Source of the DNA: an uncultured Gemmatimonadales bacterium
GTDB taxonomy: Bacteria > Gemmatimonadota > Gemmatimonadetes > Longimicrobiales > RSA9
Reading direction: 5' to 3'
DNA length: 64,000 bases
NCBI GenBank assembly: GCA_963783305.1
Contig: CAWAMW010000016.1
Span: 448,001-512,000 of the forward strand
The position numbers and the translations under genes were made by a program. This document shows positions 36,952-46,250 of the stretch, one piece after another. How positions within the stretch are numbered: position 1 is the stretch's first letter; each line of letters starts with the position of its first letter. The notes under the pieces were generated by a model. That model saw only the letters and a program-made list of their open reading frames with translations, had not been told where the DNA came from and made no database searches.

Positions 36952-37578
36952 ATGGAGCAGAGCCCGGAGGACGGGACGGAGGGGCTGGACGCGTTGAACG
37001 GAGAGCCGCTGGCGCGCACGTTCTACGCTCGGCCCGCACGGGAGGTCGCCGAGTCGCTCATCGGTAAGGTCGTGCTCACCACAACGGGCGACGGTCCCAC
37101 GGCCGGCCGGATCGTGGAAACGGAGGCGTACACGGGACCCGAGGACCCCGCCTCGCATGCCGCCGAGCGCACCGGCCGAACGCAGCGGAACAGCGCGATG
37201 TTCGGCCCGCCCGGCACGGCGTACATCTACCTTTCGTATGGCATCCACTGGTGCCTGAACGCGGTGACGGACCGAGAGGACCATCCGGGTGCGGTGCTGA
37301 TTCGCGCGCTGGAGCCCGTGGAGGGCTTGCCCACCATGCGACTCCGGCGCGGGATGCCGGATCGAGATCTGGCCCGCGGCCCCGGCCGTCTCTGTCAGGC
37401 GCTGGCGATCACCGGAGCGCTGAACGGCCACGCCCTGGATCGGCCTCCACTCCTTTTCCAGAGTGCCCCCGCCGTGCCTCCCGAAGCGATTGGAAGAGGG
37501 CCCAGGATCGGAATCAACAAGGCCGCCGACTGGCCGCTCCGGTTCACTCTTCGCGGGAGCCGCTACCTCTCTCGTTGA
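36952..37578 (+). CDS. mpg: DNA-3-methyladenine glycosylase (MPG/AAG family)
   Basis: GRIVETEAY, DPASH, YIYLSYGIHWCLN, AVLIRALEP, GPGRL, GPRIGI. Confidence 0.93.
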   Translation: MEQSPEDGTEGLDALNGEPLARTFYARPAREVAESLIGKVVLTTTGDGPTAGRIVETEAYTGPEDPASHAAERTGRTQRNSAMFGPPGTAYIYLSYGIHWCLNAVTDREDHPGAVLIRALEPVEGLPTMRLRRGMPDRDLARGPGRLCQALAITGALNGHALDRPPLLFQSAPAVPPEAIGRGPRIGINKAADWPLRFTLRGSRYLSR

Positions 37579-37682
37579 CCGGCCATGTCACTGCATCCGG
37601 TACGAGCCCGCGACGTGGCACGGGGCCTGCTCCCATAGCGGTGTGATCAATCTGATTTCCCAGTATAACCGAGGAGGCTTAC

Positions 37683-37877
37683 ATGGCGACGGTCCCAGGA
37701 CCCGATCCGGACAAGCCCACGCCCATGCCAGGAGCGCCGGCCAAGGAACCGCCGCGGGAGGAGCCGGAGCGGTATGAGCCGGCGCCGCGTCGATCCGATG
37801 ACCCGGAGTTCGATCGGCCGGAGAAGTGGACGCCGGAGAAGGAAGAAGAGGATGTAGGGGCCCCGACCCCGATCTGA
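37683..37877 (+). CDS. Small Pro/Glu-rich disordered protein (64 aa)
   Basis: Strong GGAGG RBS; upstream TATAAC -10-like hexamer; GC3-biased codons. Confidence 0.6.
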   Translation: MATVPGPDPDKPTPMPGAPAKEPPREEPERYEPAPRRSDDPEFDRPEKWTPEKEEEDVGAPTPI

Positions 37878-37969
37878 CGATCGGTTCGGTGGAGCTACAG
37901 AGGTGCGGGCGCGCCGGGAGCAGCTCTCCTGAACCGGGTGCGCGGGCATCGGATCTCCGACCCCTGTTG

Positions 37970-37997
37970 GAAAAGGCGGCGCTCGCGCCGCCTTTTC
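37970..37997. terminator. Symmetric intrinsic terminator hairpin
   Basis: GAAAAGGCGGCG-CTCG-CGCCGCCTTTTC. Confidence 0.75.
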
Positions 37998-38057
37998 TCT
38001 TGTCTGGCCACGGCCTACATTCCGGGCGAACGAGTACCCTGGACCAAGGAGTGAGCT

Positions 38058-38801
38058 GTGAGAACAGCAGTGTGCATAAAGCGGGTGCCGGACACGGAGG
38101 CGCGCGTGAAGGCGGCGGGCGACTCGGTGGACACGAGCGGAGCCAAGTTCATTGTGAGCCCGTATGACGAGTTTGCCATGGAGGCGGCGCTTCGGCTGAA
38201 GGAGGCCGTGGGCGAGGGAGAGACGGTGGCGATCTCGCTGGGCGGGAGCGAGGTGGGCGAGCAGCTTCGGAGCGCGCTGGCCATGGGCGCCGATCGCGCG
38301 ATCCGTCTGGATGGGCAGGGCGGCGTGGACGGCCTGGAAGTCGCGCGGGCGCTGGCGGCGGAGCTGGAGGGAGGGGAGTTCGATCTGATCCTGTTCGGCT
38401 CGAAGGCGGCGGACGACGACCAGCAGCAGGTGGGTCCGATGACGGCCGAGCTGCTGGGTCTGCCGTGCGTGACGGTAGTGGCGGAGGTCGCGGTGGAGGA
38501 AGGAAAGGTCGTCTGCCACCGTGAGGTGGAGGGTGGCACGGAGATCGTCGAGATAGAGATGCCGGCCGTGGTGACCATCACGAAGGGTCCGCACGAGCCG
38601 CGCTACCCGTCGCTGAAGGGGATCATGGCGGCGAAGAAGAAGCCGCTGGAGGAGAAGCCGGCGGAGGTCCGGGACGCGCGCATCAAGGTACGTGGGTATC
38701 GGGACCCCGAGGAGCGGCCGGCGGGGAAGATCGTGGGCGAAGGTCCGGACGCGGTTCCGGAGCTGGTTCGCCTGCTTCGTGACGAAGCCAAAGTCCTGTA
38801 G
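38058..38801 (+). CDS. etfB: Electron transfer flavoprotein beta subunit
   Basis: VCIKRVPD, PYDEFAMEAALRLKE, ALAMGAD, EPRYPSLKGIMAAKKKP. Confidence 0.95.
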   Translation: MRTAVCIKRVPDTEARVKAAGDSVDTSGAKFIVSPYDEFAMEAALRLKEAVGEGETVAISLGGSEVGEQLRSALAMGADRAIRLDGQGGVDGLEVARALAAELEGGEFDLILFGSKAADDDQQQVGPMTAELLGLPCVTVVAEVAVEEGKVVCHREVEGGTEIVEIEMPAVVTITKGPHEPRYPSLKGIMAAKKKPLEEKPAEVRDARIKVRGYRDPEERPAGKIVGEGPDAVPELVRLLRDEAKVL

Positions 38802-38810
38802 GAGGCGAAC

Positions 38811-39797
38811 ATGGCGAATGTACTGGCAGTAGCGGAGACGCGGGATGGCGATCTGAAGCCGGTGTCACGGGAGGTGGTCACCGCGGCGCGCAAGGTCGCC
38901 GACGGGATCGGTGGCAACGTGGAGGTGCTGGTGGTGGGCGGGAGCGGCACGGCCGAGGCGGCCCGGTCGTTGAGCCGCTACGGCGCGGACCGCATCCTCA
39001 CGGTCGAGCACGACGACCTGGCGACGTATCAGCCGGAGGGGTACACCACCGTCATCGCCGAGCAGGCGAAGGCGGGCGATTACTACGCCGTGCTGTTCCC
39101 GGCCACGGCGGCGGGGCGTGACGTGGCGCCCCGGGTGGCGGCGCGGCTGGATGTCCCGCTGGCCACGGAGATCACCGGGCTCGAGATGGATGGCGACGAG
39201 ATGGTGGTGACTCGGCCGCTGTACGGCGGGAAGGTCTTCGCTGAGCTGACGCTGGACGCCACGCCCCGGATCGCCAGCCTGAGGGGCAACGTATTCCGGC
39301 CGGAAGAGAACCCGAGGGAAGCCACGGTCGAGTCAGTGGACGCCTCCGTGGACGCGGGCGCCTGGAAGGTGAAGGTGCGGGAGTTGAAGGAGTCCGCCGG
39401 TGACCGGCCGGACGTGGCCGAGGCTTCGACCGTGGTCAGCGGAGGCCGCGGTCTGAAGGAGGCGGAGAACTGGACGCTGATCGAGGAGCTGGCCGACGCC
39501 CTGGGCGATGGCGTGGGCCTCGGCGCGTCCCGCGCCGTGGTGGACGCCGGCTGGCGACCCCACTCCGAGCAGGTGGGCCAGACGGGCAAGATCGTGGCTC
39601 CACAGCTCTACTTCGCCATCGGGATCAGCGGCGCGATCCAGCACCTGGCGGGAATGCGTACCGCGGGAACGATCGTGGCCATCAACAAGGACCCGGACGC
39701 GCCCATCTTCAAGGTGGCCGACTACGGCATCGTGGGGGACGCGTTCGAGGTGGTGCCGAAGCTGACCGAGGAGATCCGGAGCAGGAGGCAGGAGTAG
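38811..39797 (+). CDS. etfA: Electron transfer flavoprotein alpha subunit
   Basis: VVSGGRG, GASRAVVDAGW, QVGQTGK, GISGAIQHLAG, AINKDPDAPIF. Confidence 0.96.
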   Translation: MANVLAVAETRDGDLKPVSREVVTAARKVADGIGGNVEVLVVGGSGTAEAARSLSRYGADRILTVEHDDLATYQPEGYTTVIAEQAKAGDYYAVLFPATAAGRDVAPRVAARLDVPLATEITGLEMDGDEMVVTRPLYGGKVFAELTLDATPRIASLRGNVFRPEENPREATVESVDASVDAGAWKVKVRELKESAGDRPDVAEASTVVSGGRGLKEAENWTLIEELADALGDGVGLGASRAVVDAGWRPHSEQVGQTGKIVAPQLYFAIGISGAIQHLAGMRTAGTIVAINKDPDAPIFKVADYGIVGDAFEVVPKLTEEIRSRRQE

Positions 39798-39893
39798 GAG
39801 GCAGGAGTAGGAGGCAGGAGTAGGAGGCAGGAGTAGGAGGCAGGAGTAGGAGGCAGGAGGCATCTTACTCTTGCCTCCTACTCCTGCCTCCTA
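39783..39893. repeat. 13-bp tandem repeat AGGAGGCAGGAGT (about 6 copies) plus two inverted copies
   Basis: Direct units 39783-39859; inverted TACTCTTGCCTCCTACTCCTGCCTCCTA at 39866-39893. Confidence 0.95.
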
Positions 39894-39896
39894 ATC

Positions 39897-41567
39897 TTAC
39901 ATCTCCCGGTACTTCGGCCCGCTCCCGCCCTCCCGCGGCGTCCAGCGGGGCCCCAGCACGTCAGTGGCCTTGCAGTCGATGCAGTTGGGGGCGTTGATCA
40001 CGAGGTTGCCATCCTCGTCCTGCTCGTATACGCCGGCGGGGCAGAGGTGGACGTACAGCTCCGCCACCTCTGGCGGGACATCCTCCGCCGCGATCAGGTG
40101 GGGCGGAATGTCGTCGCGGGTCTGGTTGCCGGACTTGAACACCGCGTCCACCTTGCTGAAGGTCAGCGCTCCGTCCGGGGCGAACCCCGCGCCCCCCGGT
40201 CCACCAGGCGCGGCGCCGTCGGCCTTCTTGGGAGCGGCCGCGTCGGCTTCCATGTCGATGGTTCCCCCGGGGAACCGGCCGCCCGTCACCGTCATGAGCG
40301 CCGCCTTCACGCCACCCGTGTAGAACCCGTCCTTGAAGGCCGGCCGCATGTTCCGCGTCTTCCGCAGGTCGCTCAGGATGAACGATTCGTTCACGAGCGT
40401 GTCGTAGCGGGCGAGGGTGGCGGCGGACGTGTCATCCGCCCTGAGGGCCTCGTGGATCGCCCGGGCGGCGAAGATCCCCGACTGGACAGCGTAGTGGATC
40501 CCCTTCAGGGAGGGCACGTCCACGAACCCGGCGGCGTCCCCCAGGATCACGACGCCGTTCCCGCTCCGGCGGCCGGGAAGCGCGTGGAAGCCGCCCTCGG
40601 GGATGGTCTTGGCGCCCCACTCCAGCATCTCGCCGCCCTCGAGGTACTCGCGGAAGAGCGGGTGGGTCTTCATGCGCTGGAAGAGGACGTGCGGATCGAG
40701 GGTGGTGTCGTGATAATCGAGACCGACGACCAGCCCGATGGCCACGCGGTTCTCCGCGAGTGGGTACATGAAGCTGCCACCGAAAGCGTCGTTCGGGAGC
40801 GGCCAGCCCATGGTGTGGATGACGGCATCGAGCGGCTTCTTCGTCTCCCATACCTCCTTGACGCCGAGCGCGAAGATCTGGGGGTTCTCGGAGCCTACGC
40901 CCTGCCAGTCGAGGTACGCCTGGCTGAGCGGCCCGCGCGTGCCCTCGGCCAGCGCCGTGACCCGGGCGAGCACGTCTGTCGGGGGCATGTGCCCGGCGCC
41001 GGCGTTGCCCTCGCGGTCCAGTCCGGTGGCGACGGTGCGGACGCCGGCGATGCGGTCGTCATCGACGAGCATGGACTGGACGGCGAAGCCGGTGAAAATG
41101 TTGACGCCCGCGGCCTCCGCCTTCTCGCCCATCCAGCGAACCACCTCGGAGATGGAGGCGATGTGGTTGCCGTGGTTCCGCATGGGCGGCGGAGTGGGAA
41201 TCCGGGTGGAGCCGCCCTCGCGCAGGACGTAGACGCGCTCGTTGTCCACCCGTCCCCGGAATGGAAAGTCGTCCTCCGACAGGTCGGGGAAGAGCTCCCG
41301 GAAGGGGCCCGGTTTGATGACGGCTCCGGAGAGGTTGTGCTCGCCGAGCGACTCGGCCTTCTCGAGGACCGCGATCTCGAGGTCGTCCATGTCGTCATCG
41401 GCGGCCACGAGCCTGGCCAGCTCGATGGCGCACGCCAGCCCTGCGGGGCCCCCGCCGACGATGGCGACGTCCATGGGCACCGCCTCGTCGTCCGGCGCCT
41501 CCCGGAGGAGGAGCTGGTCCTTGGGCAGCGGCGGCTGGTACTTCAGCGGGACGATCTCGTGCGACAT
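39897..41567 (-). CDS. ETF-quinone oxidoreductase (FixC-like FAD domain plus Fe-S C-terminus)
   Basis: IVGGGPAG, LSGAV, AEGTRG, GVKEVW, IPEGG, GDAAG..KGIH, CPAGVY, NCIDCKATD, PREGGSGP. Confidence 0.92.
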   Translation of the reverse strand: MSHEIVPLKYQPPLPKDQLLLREAPDDEAVPMDVAIVGGGPAGLACAIELARLVAADDDMDDLEIAVLEKAESLGEHNLSGAVIKPGPFRELFPDLSEDDFPFRGRVDNERVYVLREGGSTRIPTPPPMRNHGNHIASISEVVRWMGEKAEAAGVNIFTGFAVQSMLVDDDRIAGVRTVATGLDREGNAGAGHMPPTDVLARVTALAEGTRGPLSQAYLDWQGVGSENPQIFALGVKEVWETKKPLDAVIHTMGWPLPNDAFGGSFMYPLAENRVAIGLVVGLDYHDTTLDPHVLFQRMKTHPLFREYLEGGEMLEWGAKTIPEGGFHALPGRRSGNGVVILGDAAGFVDVPSLKGIHYAVQSGIFAARAIHEALRADDTSAATLARYDTLVNESFILSDLRKTRNMRPAFKDGFYTGGVKAALMTVTGGRFPGGTIDMEADAAAPKKADGAAPGGPGGAGFAPDGALTFSKVDAVFKSGNQTRDDIPPHLIAAEDVPPEVAELYVHLCPAGVYEQDEDGNLVINAPNCIDCKATDVLGPRWTPREGGSGPKYREM

Positions 41568-41679
41568 GGTCGGTCGGGATTCGGGAATCGGAGTCGGAAC
41601 TCGGTGTCGACGCCGGCATCGGCGTCCCGCGTATCTTCGGGCGCCGACGTGCGAGAATCAAGTGGACGCGCGGAGCCCG

Positions 41680-42981
41680 CTATCCGGGTAGTGCGTACTC
41701 GCCGACCGCGCGGTCGGGCGGGCCGAGGGCCATGGCGACGCCGCGCTCGCCCGGTTCCACGCCACGGCGACCCTCGGGCACGACGAAGAGCGCATCCGCC
41801 TTCGTCATGGAGGTCAGGATCCCGGAGCCCTGGGGGCCGGCTGGGCGCGCGCGGGGGAGCGGGTCGCCGGGCTCGAGGATCACGCGCTGGAAGTGGGTCT
41901 TGTCGGGCTTGGACGGGATCCGCTCCAGCGCCTCCACGGGGAAGACGGCGTTGTGGACCGCGATCCGGCCCAGCATGCGCCTGAGCGGCGGCCGCACCAG
42001 CACCATGAACGTGGCCAGGGCGGAGACGGGGTTGCCCGGGAGCCCCCAGACGGGAAGCGGACGCCGGCCGGGGCGGGGCAGAGAGCCCAGCGAGGCCGGG
42101 CTGCCCGGTCGCATGCGGATGCGCCAGAAGTCGGGGACAAAGCCCAGCGCTTCCAGCACGTCCTTCACGCGATCGTGCTCCCCCACGGAGGCGCCCGCGG
42201 AGGTGATCAGCATGTCCGCATCCAGTCCTGCCTCGACCCTTGCGCGGATGTCGGCGGGGTCGTCGCGCGCGATCCCGAGGAGCCTCGGAACGCACCCCAT
42301 GGCGGCCACGGCCCCCAGGAGCGAATAGCTGTTCGAGTTCACGATCTTCCGACCCGCTCGCACCTGCTCATACTCGTCGAGACCCGCCAGCTCGTCACCA
42401 TTGCTCAGGATGGCGACGACGGGGCGCCGGACCACGCGGGGGTGTCCCACCCCCACCGTCGCCAGCACTCCCATGGCCGCAGGGCCGATGGCGAGGCCCG
42501 CACCCAGGGCGCGCTCGCCCGCGCGGAGGTCCTCGCCGCGGCGGCGGATGTTCGATCCGGCGTCCCGGTCGCGGCGCACCGCCACCACCTCGGTTCCCGC
42601 GTCGGTGTGCTCCACCCGCACAACGGAGTCGGCCCCCTCCGGTGTAGGCGCGCCGGTCATGATGCGGGCCGCTTCGCCCGGGCCCAGGGCGCGGGAGGGG
42701 AAGCCGCCGGCGGGGATGTCATCGACGACGGTGAGCCGAACCGGCGCGTCGTCGCTCGCGCCGCGGATGTCCTCTGCCCGCGCCGCGTAGCCGTCCATGG
42801 CGCTGTTGTCCCACGGCGGCTGGTGGATGGGCGAGGCGACATGCTCGGCGAGAACCCGGCCGAGCGCCTCCTCCAGCGGCACCGACTCGGACTCGAGGGG
42901 CTCCACGGCCGCGAGACCTCGCTCCACCGCCTCACGGACGGAGAGCCAGTCGGGGGTGCGGTGGGACCAGTCGATCGTCAA
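41680..42981 (-). CDS. moeA: Molybdopterin molybdotransferase
   Basis: SAMDGYA, IMTGA, SNGDEL, NSNS, GLPGNPVS, QGSG; TTG start overlapping the mobA stop. Confidence 0.94.
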   Translation of the reverse strand: MTIDWSHRTPDWLSVREAVERGLAAVEPLESESVPLEEALGRVLAEHVASPIHQPPWDNSAMDGYAARAEDIRGASDDAPVRLTVVDDIPAGGFPSRALGPGEAARIMTGAPTPEGADSVVRVEHTDAGTEVVAVRRDRDAGSNIRRRGEDLRAGERALGAGLAIGPAAMGVLATVGVGHPRVVRRPVVAILSNGDELAGLDEYEQVRAGRKIVNSNSYSLLGAVAAMGCVPRLLGIARDDPADIRARVEAGLDADMLITSAGASVGEHDRVKDVLEALGFVPDFWRIRMRPGSPASLGSLPRPGRRPLPVWGLPGNPVSALATFMVLVRPPLRRMLGRIAVHNAVFPVEALERIPSKPDKTHFQRVILEPGDPLPRARPAGPQGSGILTSMTKADALFVVPEGRRGVEPGERGVAMALGPPDRAVGEYALPG

Positions 42982-43631
42982 TTCGCCCCTCCCTCCGGCC
43001 GCACCAGCCTCTCGGCCCGATCCCGCTCCTCCGGCGTGTTCACGTTCATGAAGGCGCGCTCGGGATCGCAGATCGACTCCACAGCCTCGAGCGGCACCCG
43101 TCGCACGACCACGTGGTCATGGAATCCGATCATCCGGCGGTCGCCTTCTTCGAGGGCCAATTCGATGGCGGGCAGGCACCCGACGCCGTACGCCGCGAAC
43201 AGCGGCTCGATTCCCCGGCGGCCGCCGCTCTCCGGAACCACCACGTCAGGACGCGGCTCGCCGGAGGCGAAGGCCTCGTCCGCCAGCCGTCGCAGAAGAG
43301 GCACGCACGGGAAGGGCATGTCACAGGCCACCGCCAGGATCCCCGGACGCCCCTCATCGCGGGCGCGTGTGAGCGCCGTGTGGAGACCGCCGAGGGCGCC
43401 GAGTCCAGGACGCACGTCCGGGTACGCCGGCAGCGCCAGATCTCCGAAAAGCTCCGGCTCGTTGGCGGACAGGATCACATCGCTCACGACCTCCCGCAGC
43501 GCGCTCACCACCCGGTCGATGATTCGGGCCCCGCCCACTTCGGCCAGCGCCTTGGGCGACCCGTAGCGCCGGCTCTCGCCGCCCGCCAGCACCACACCGA
43601 GCGGTGTGGCCGCGGATTCAGACCCCGGCAT
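42978..43631 (-). CDS. mobA: Molybdenum cofactor guanylyltransferase
   Basis: LAGGESRRYGSPKA, GALGGL, ACDMPF, EPL, NVNTPEE. Confidence 0.92.
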   Translation of the reverse strand: MPGSESAATPLGVVLAGGESRRYGSPKALAEVGGARIIDRVVSALREVVSDVILSANEPELFGDLALPAYPDVRPGLGALGGLHTALTRARDEGRPGILAVACDMPFPCVPLLRRLADEAFASGEPRPDVVVPESGGRRGIEPLFAAYGVGCLPAIELALEEGDRRMIGFHDHVVVRRVPLEAVESICDPERAFMNVNTPEERDRAERLVRPEGGAN

Positions 43632-44364
43632 CGAATACCCTCGCCTCCCTGCCCGCCGCGCGCGCCACCACCACCAGTCCTGCCGCTCGTGCGATCTCGA
43701 GGGCCATGGTGGTCGGCACGGACCGGCTCGCGATCCAGGCCAGGCGCGAGCGGGCCGCTTTCTCCGCAATCTCGGCGCTGATCCTCGCGGTGGTCACGAG
43801 TCCCAGCTCGGTCAGGTCGTCGCCCGCCAGGAGGGCGCCGCCAATGGCCTTGTCGACGGCGTTGTGCCGGCCGACCTCCTCGTGATCGTGGAGCAGCCGA
43901 GCCCCGTCACAGAGCGCGGCGGTGTGATGTCCACCCGTGGTCCGCCGCGATGGGGATCTTTCGAACAGCTCCCGGAACAGGTCGGGGAACGCCTCGATCG
44001 ACGGCGGCGCCCCCATCTCTACGGCGTCGCCGCTGGCGTGCGCGATGAGGTCGGGGCGGCAGTCCAGGACGAACCGAATGCCGCAGCCGTGCTCCCGCCT
44101 GTGCTCCCATTCACTGCGGCCCGCGGAAACGCCCGCCGCGGTGACGCGGGCGCGGATGCCGTGTATGCCGTCGGTCACGGGGATCTCGGTCACCTCCTCC
44201 AGGTCCTCGGGCGCGCGGAGGTACCCCATGGCGGCGAGCCTGCCGGCGCCCAGCGGCTCGAGGGCGGCGGGCGAGCAGGTCCAGGTAGCCACGGGCTCAT
44301 CATTCACCCAGAGGCGCACCGGCACCTCGGGCACGGCTTCGGTCGAGCGTTCGGTTCGGTCCAT
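43618..44364 (-). CDS. fdhD: Formate dehydrogenase accessory sulfurtransferase
   Basis: EVPVRLWVN, TGGHHTAAL, GRHNAVDKAIG, RISAEIAEKA, SVPTTMA. Confidence 0.88.
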   Translation of the reverse strand: MDRTERSTEAVPEVPVRLWVNDEPVATWTCSPAALEPLGAGRLAAMGYLRAPEDLEEVTEIPVTDGIHGIRARVTAAGVSAGRSEWEHRREHGCGIRFVLDCRPDLIAHASGDAVEMGAPPSIEAFPDLFRELFERSPSRRTTGGHHTAALCDGARLLHDHEEVGRHNAVDKAIGGALLAGDDLTELGLVTTARISAEIAEKAARSRLAWIASRSVPTTMALEIARAAGLVVVARAAGREARVFDAGV

Positions 44365-44394
44365 GGGCGAGAATACGGCGATGTCGCGGTCGCC

Positions 44395-45528
44395 TCAAGC
44401 CGGGCGGTCCGGGCGCCCGCCGGCCATGGCGTCGGACGGGTACACGCTGAGCGCGGCGGTCTTGAGCAGTGCGGTGATCGTGGCGCCCGGCCGGAGCTCG
44501 AGGCGCTCGGCGCTGCTGCGCGTGAGGAGCGCGGCGAGGGTGACGGGCCCGGTGAGTCGCACACGGATGAGACCTCCCACCGGCTTCACCGCGACCACCG
44601 TCAGCCGAAGGCGATTGCGGGCGCTCACATCGGAAGCGTCGCCCGGCGCCAGCATGACATCCTCCGGGCGGTAGCGTACGTGGACGCGACTGCCAGGGAC
44701 GGGCCCGCCACCGGTCGATCGAGCCACGAGCATGCACTCGCCGGTCCGCACGTCCAGCGTCCCGTCCCCGACCCGCTCCACCACGCCGTCCAGAAGCAGC
44801 TCCGCACCCGTGAACGCGGCAACGAAGGGAGTGGCCGGATCGGTCGTCAGCTCCTCGGGCGTGCCGACCTGAACGATCCGCCCGCTCTCCATCACGGCGA
44901 CCCGGTCCGCCAGGTCGAAGGCGTCGCCGGGGTCGTGGGTGATGAGGACCACGCTGCCTGCCCGCTCCCGCATGACCTGCCCGAGCTCCTCGCGGAACCG
45001 GCGGCGGATCGTGACGTCGAGGTTGGCCGTGGGCTCGTCCAGCATGAGCACCGCGGGCTCCAGGACCAGGGCGCGGGCCAGCGCCACCCGCTGCGCTTCG
45101 CCGCCCGACAGACGACCCACGTCCGCGTGCTGCAGCGCCTCCAGACCCAGACCGGCCACGGTCCCGCCGATCCTCGCCGCCCATTCGGTCCGCGGTACGC
45201 CCGAGGCCCTCAGCCCGAACTGGAGGTTGTCCATTACGGTGCCCTGGAACAGGTAGGGGTTCTGAAACACGCCCACGAGACGACGACGCGCCCGCTCGTC
45301 TCCCGGCGAGAACGGCGCGCCGTTCAGCCGCAGCTCGCCGGCGTCCGGCCGCTCGAGGCCCAGGAGGATGCGGAACAGCGTCGACTTCCCCGCGCCGTTC
45401 GGCCCCAGCACCGCCACCACCTCACCGCGGCGGATCTGGAGATAGTCCACCGACACGACCTCACGGCCACCATACCGACGCGTCAGTCCCCGCGCCTCCA
45501 GCAGCATAGCCGACGCCCCCGGCGTCAC
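44395..45528 (-). CDS. tupC: Tungstate/molybdate ABC transporter ATPase with TOBE domains
   Basis: GPNGAGKST, LSGGEAQR, LDEPT, ITHD; C-terminal SARN...K TOBE motif; GTGA overlap with tupB. Confidence 0.85.
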   Translation of the reverse strand: MTPGASAMLLEARGLTRRYGGREVVSVDYLQIRRGEVVAVLGPNGAGKSTLFRILLGLERPDAGELRLNGAPFSPGDERARRRLVGVFQNPYLFQGTVMDNLQFGLRASGVPRTEWAARIGGTVAGLGLEALQHADVGRLSGGEAQRVALARALVLEPAVLMLDEPTANLDVTIRRRFREELGQVMRERAGSVVLITHDPGDAFDLADRVAVMESGRIVQVGTPEELTTDPATPFVAAFTGAELLLDGVVERVGDGTLDVRTGECMLVARSTGGGPVPGSRVHVRYRPEDVMLAPGDASDVSARNRLRLTVVAVKPVGGLIRVRLTGPVTLAALLTRSSAERLELRPGATITALLKTAALSVYPSDAMAGGRPDRPA

Positions 45529-46250
45529 GCCCACGGGCGCTCCATGGAGCTTCGTCTCCACGCCGGCCCCTGCTGGACCCGCGTCAGAAGCAGGTTCACC
45601 AGCAGGACGATGGCGAGCAGGATGAACCCCAGGGCCATGGCGGTCTCGAAGTTCCCGCGCCGGGTCTCCAGCACGATGGCGGTGGTCAGGACCCGGGTCT
45701 CCCCCGCGATGTTGCCGCCGACCATCATGGCGGCACCCACTTCGGAGATGACGGCGCCGAACCCGGCGATCAGTGCCGCCAGTATGCCCAGGCGCGCTTC
45801 ACGGACCTGCATCCAGAGGGCGCGAGTGCGCCCGGCGCCCAGGGCCCGCGCCTGGAGGCGAACGTCCTGGGGTACCGCCTGGACCGCGGCGAGGCTTACC
45901 CCCGCCACGTACGGCGAGGCGAGGAGCGCCTGGGCAACGACCATGGCGGTGGAGCTGAACAGCAGCTCCAGGCCGCCGACAGGGCCCTGTCGCGAGAGGA
46001 ACAGGTACACGAACAGTCCCACCACCACGGGCGGAAGCGCGAACCCGGTGTAGACCAGCGCCACCAGGAAACGGCGGCCGGGGAACCGGGAAACGCCCAG
46101 GAAAATGCCCACCGGGAGTCCCAGCGCGATGGCGAGCACCATGGCGCCGCCCGACACCTGTACGCTTCGACCCAGGATCTGGAAGACATAGCCGTCCAGG
46201 GCGACGATCATCCGCAGGGCATCGATCAGCGCATCCAGGATGAGGTCCAT
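45525..46250 (-). CDS. tupB: Tungstate ABC transporter permease
   Basis: LPPVVVGL, LSRQGP, ISEVGAAMMVGGNIAGETRVLTTAI. Confidence 0.9.
   Translation of the reverse strand: MDLILDALIDALRMIVALDGYVFQILGRSVQVSGGAMVLAIALGLPVGIFLGVSRFPGRRFLVALVYTGFALPPVVVGLFVYLFLSRQGPVGGLELLFSSTAMVVAQALLASPYVAGVSLAAVQAVPQDVRLQARALGAGRTRALWMQVREARLGILAALIAGFGAVISEVGAAMMVGGNIAGETRVLTTAIVLETRRGNFETAMALGFILLAIVLLVNLLLTRVQQGPAWRRSSMERPWA

Noticed and set aside
39783..39893. CRISPR array
   Set aside because: Contiguous 13-bp units without spacers
41570..41612. Short TCGG(G/A)A-like iterations upstream of ETF-QO
   Set aside because: Too short and degenerate to support a function
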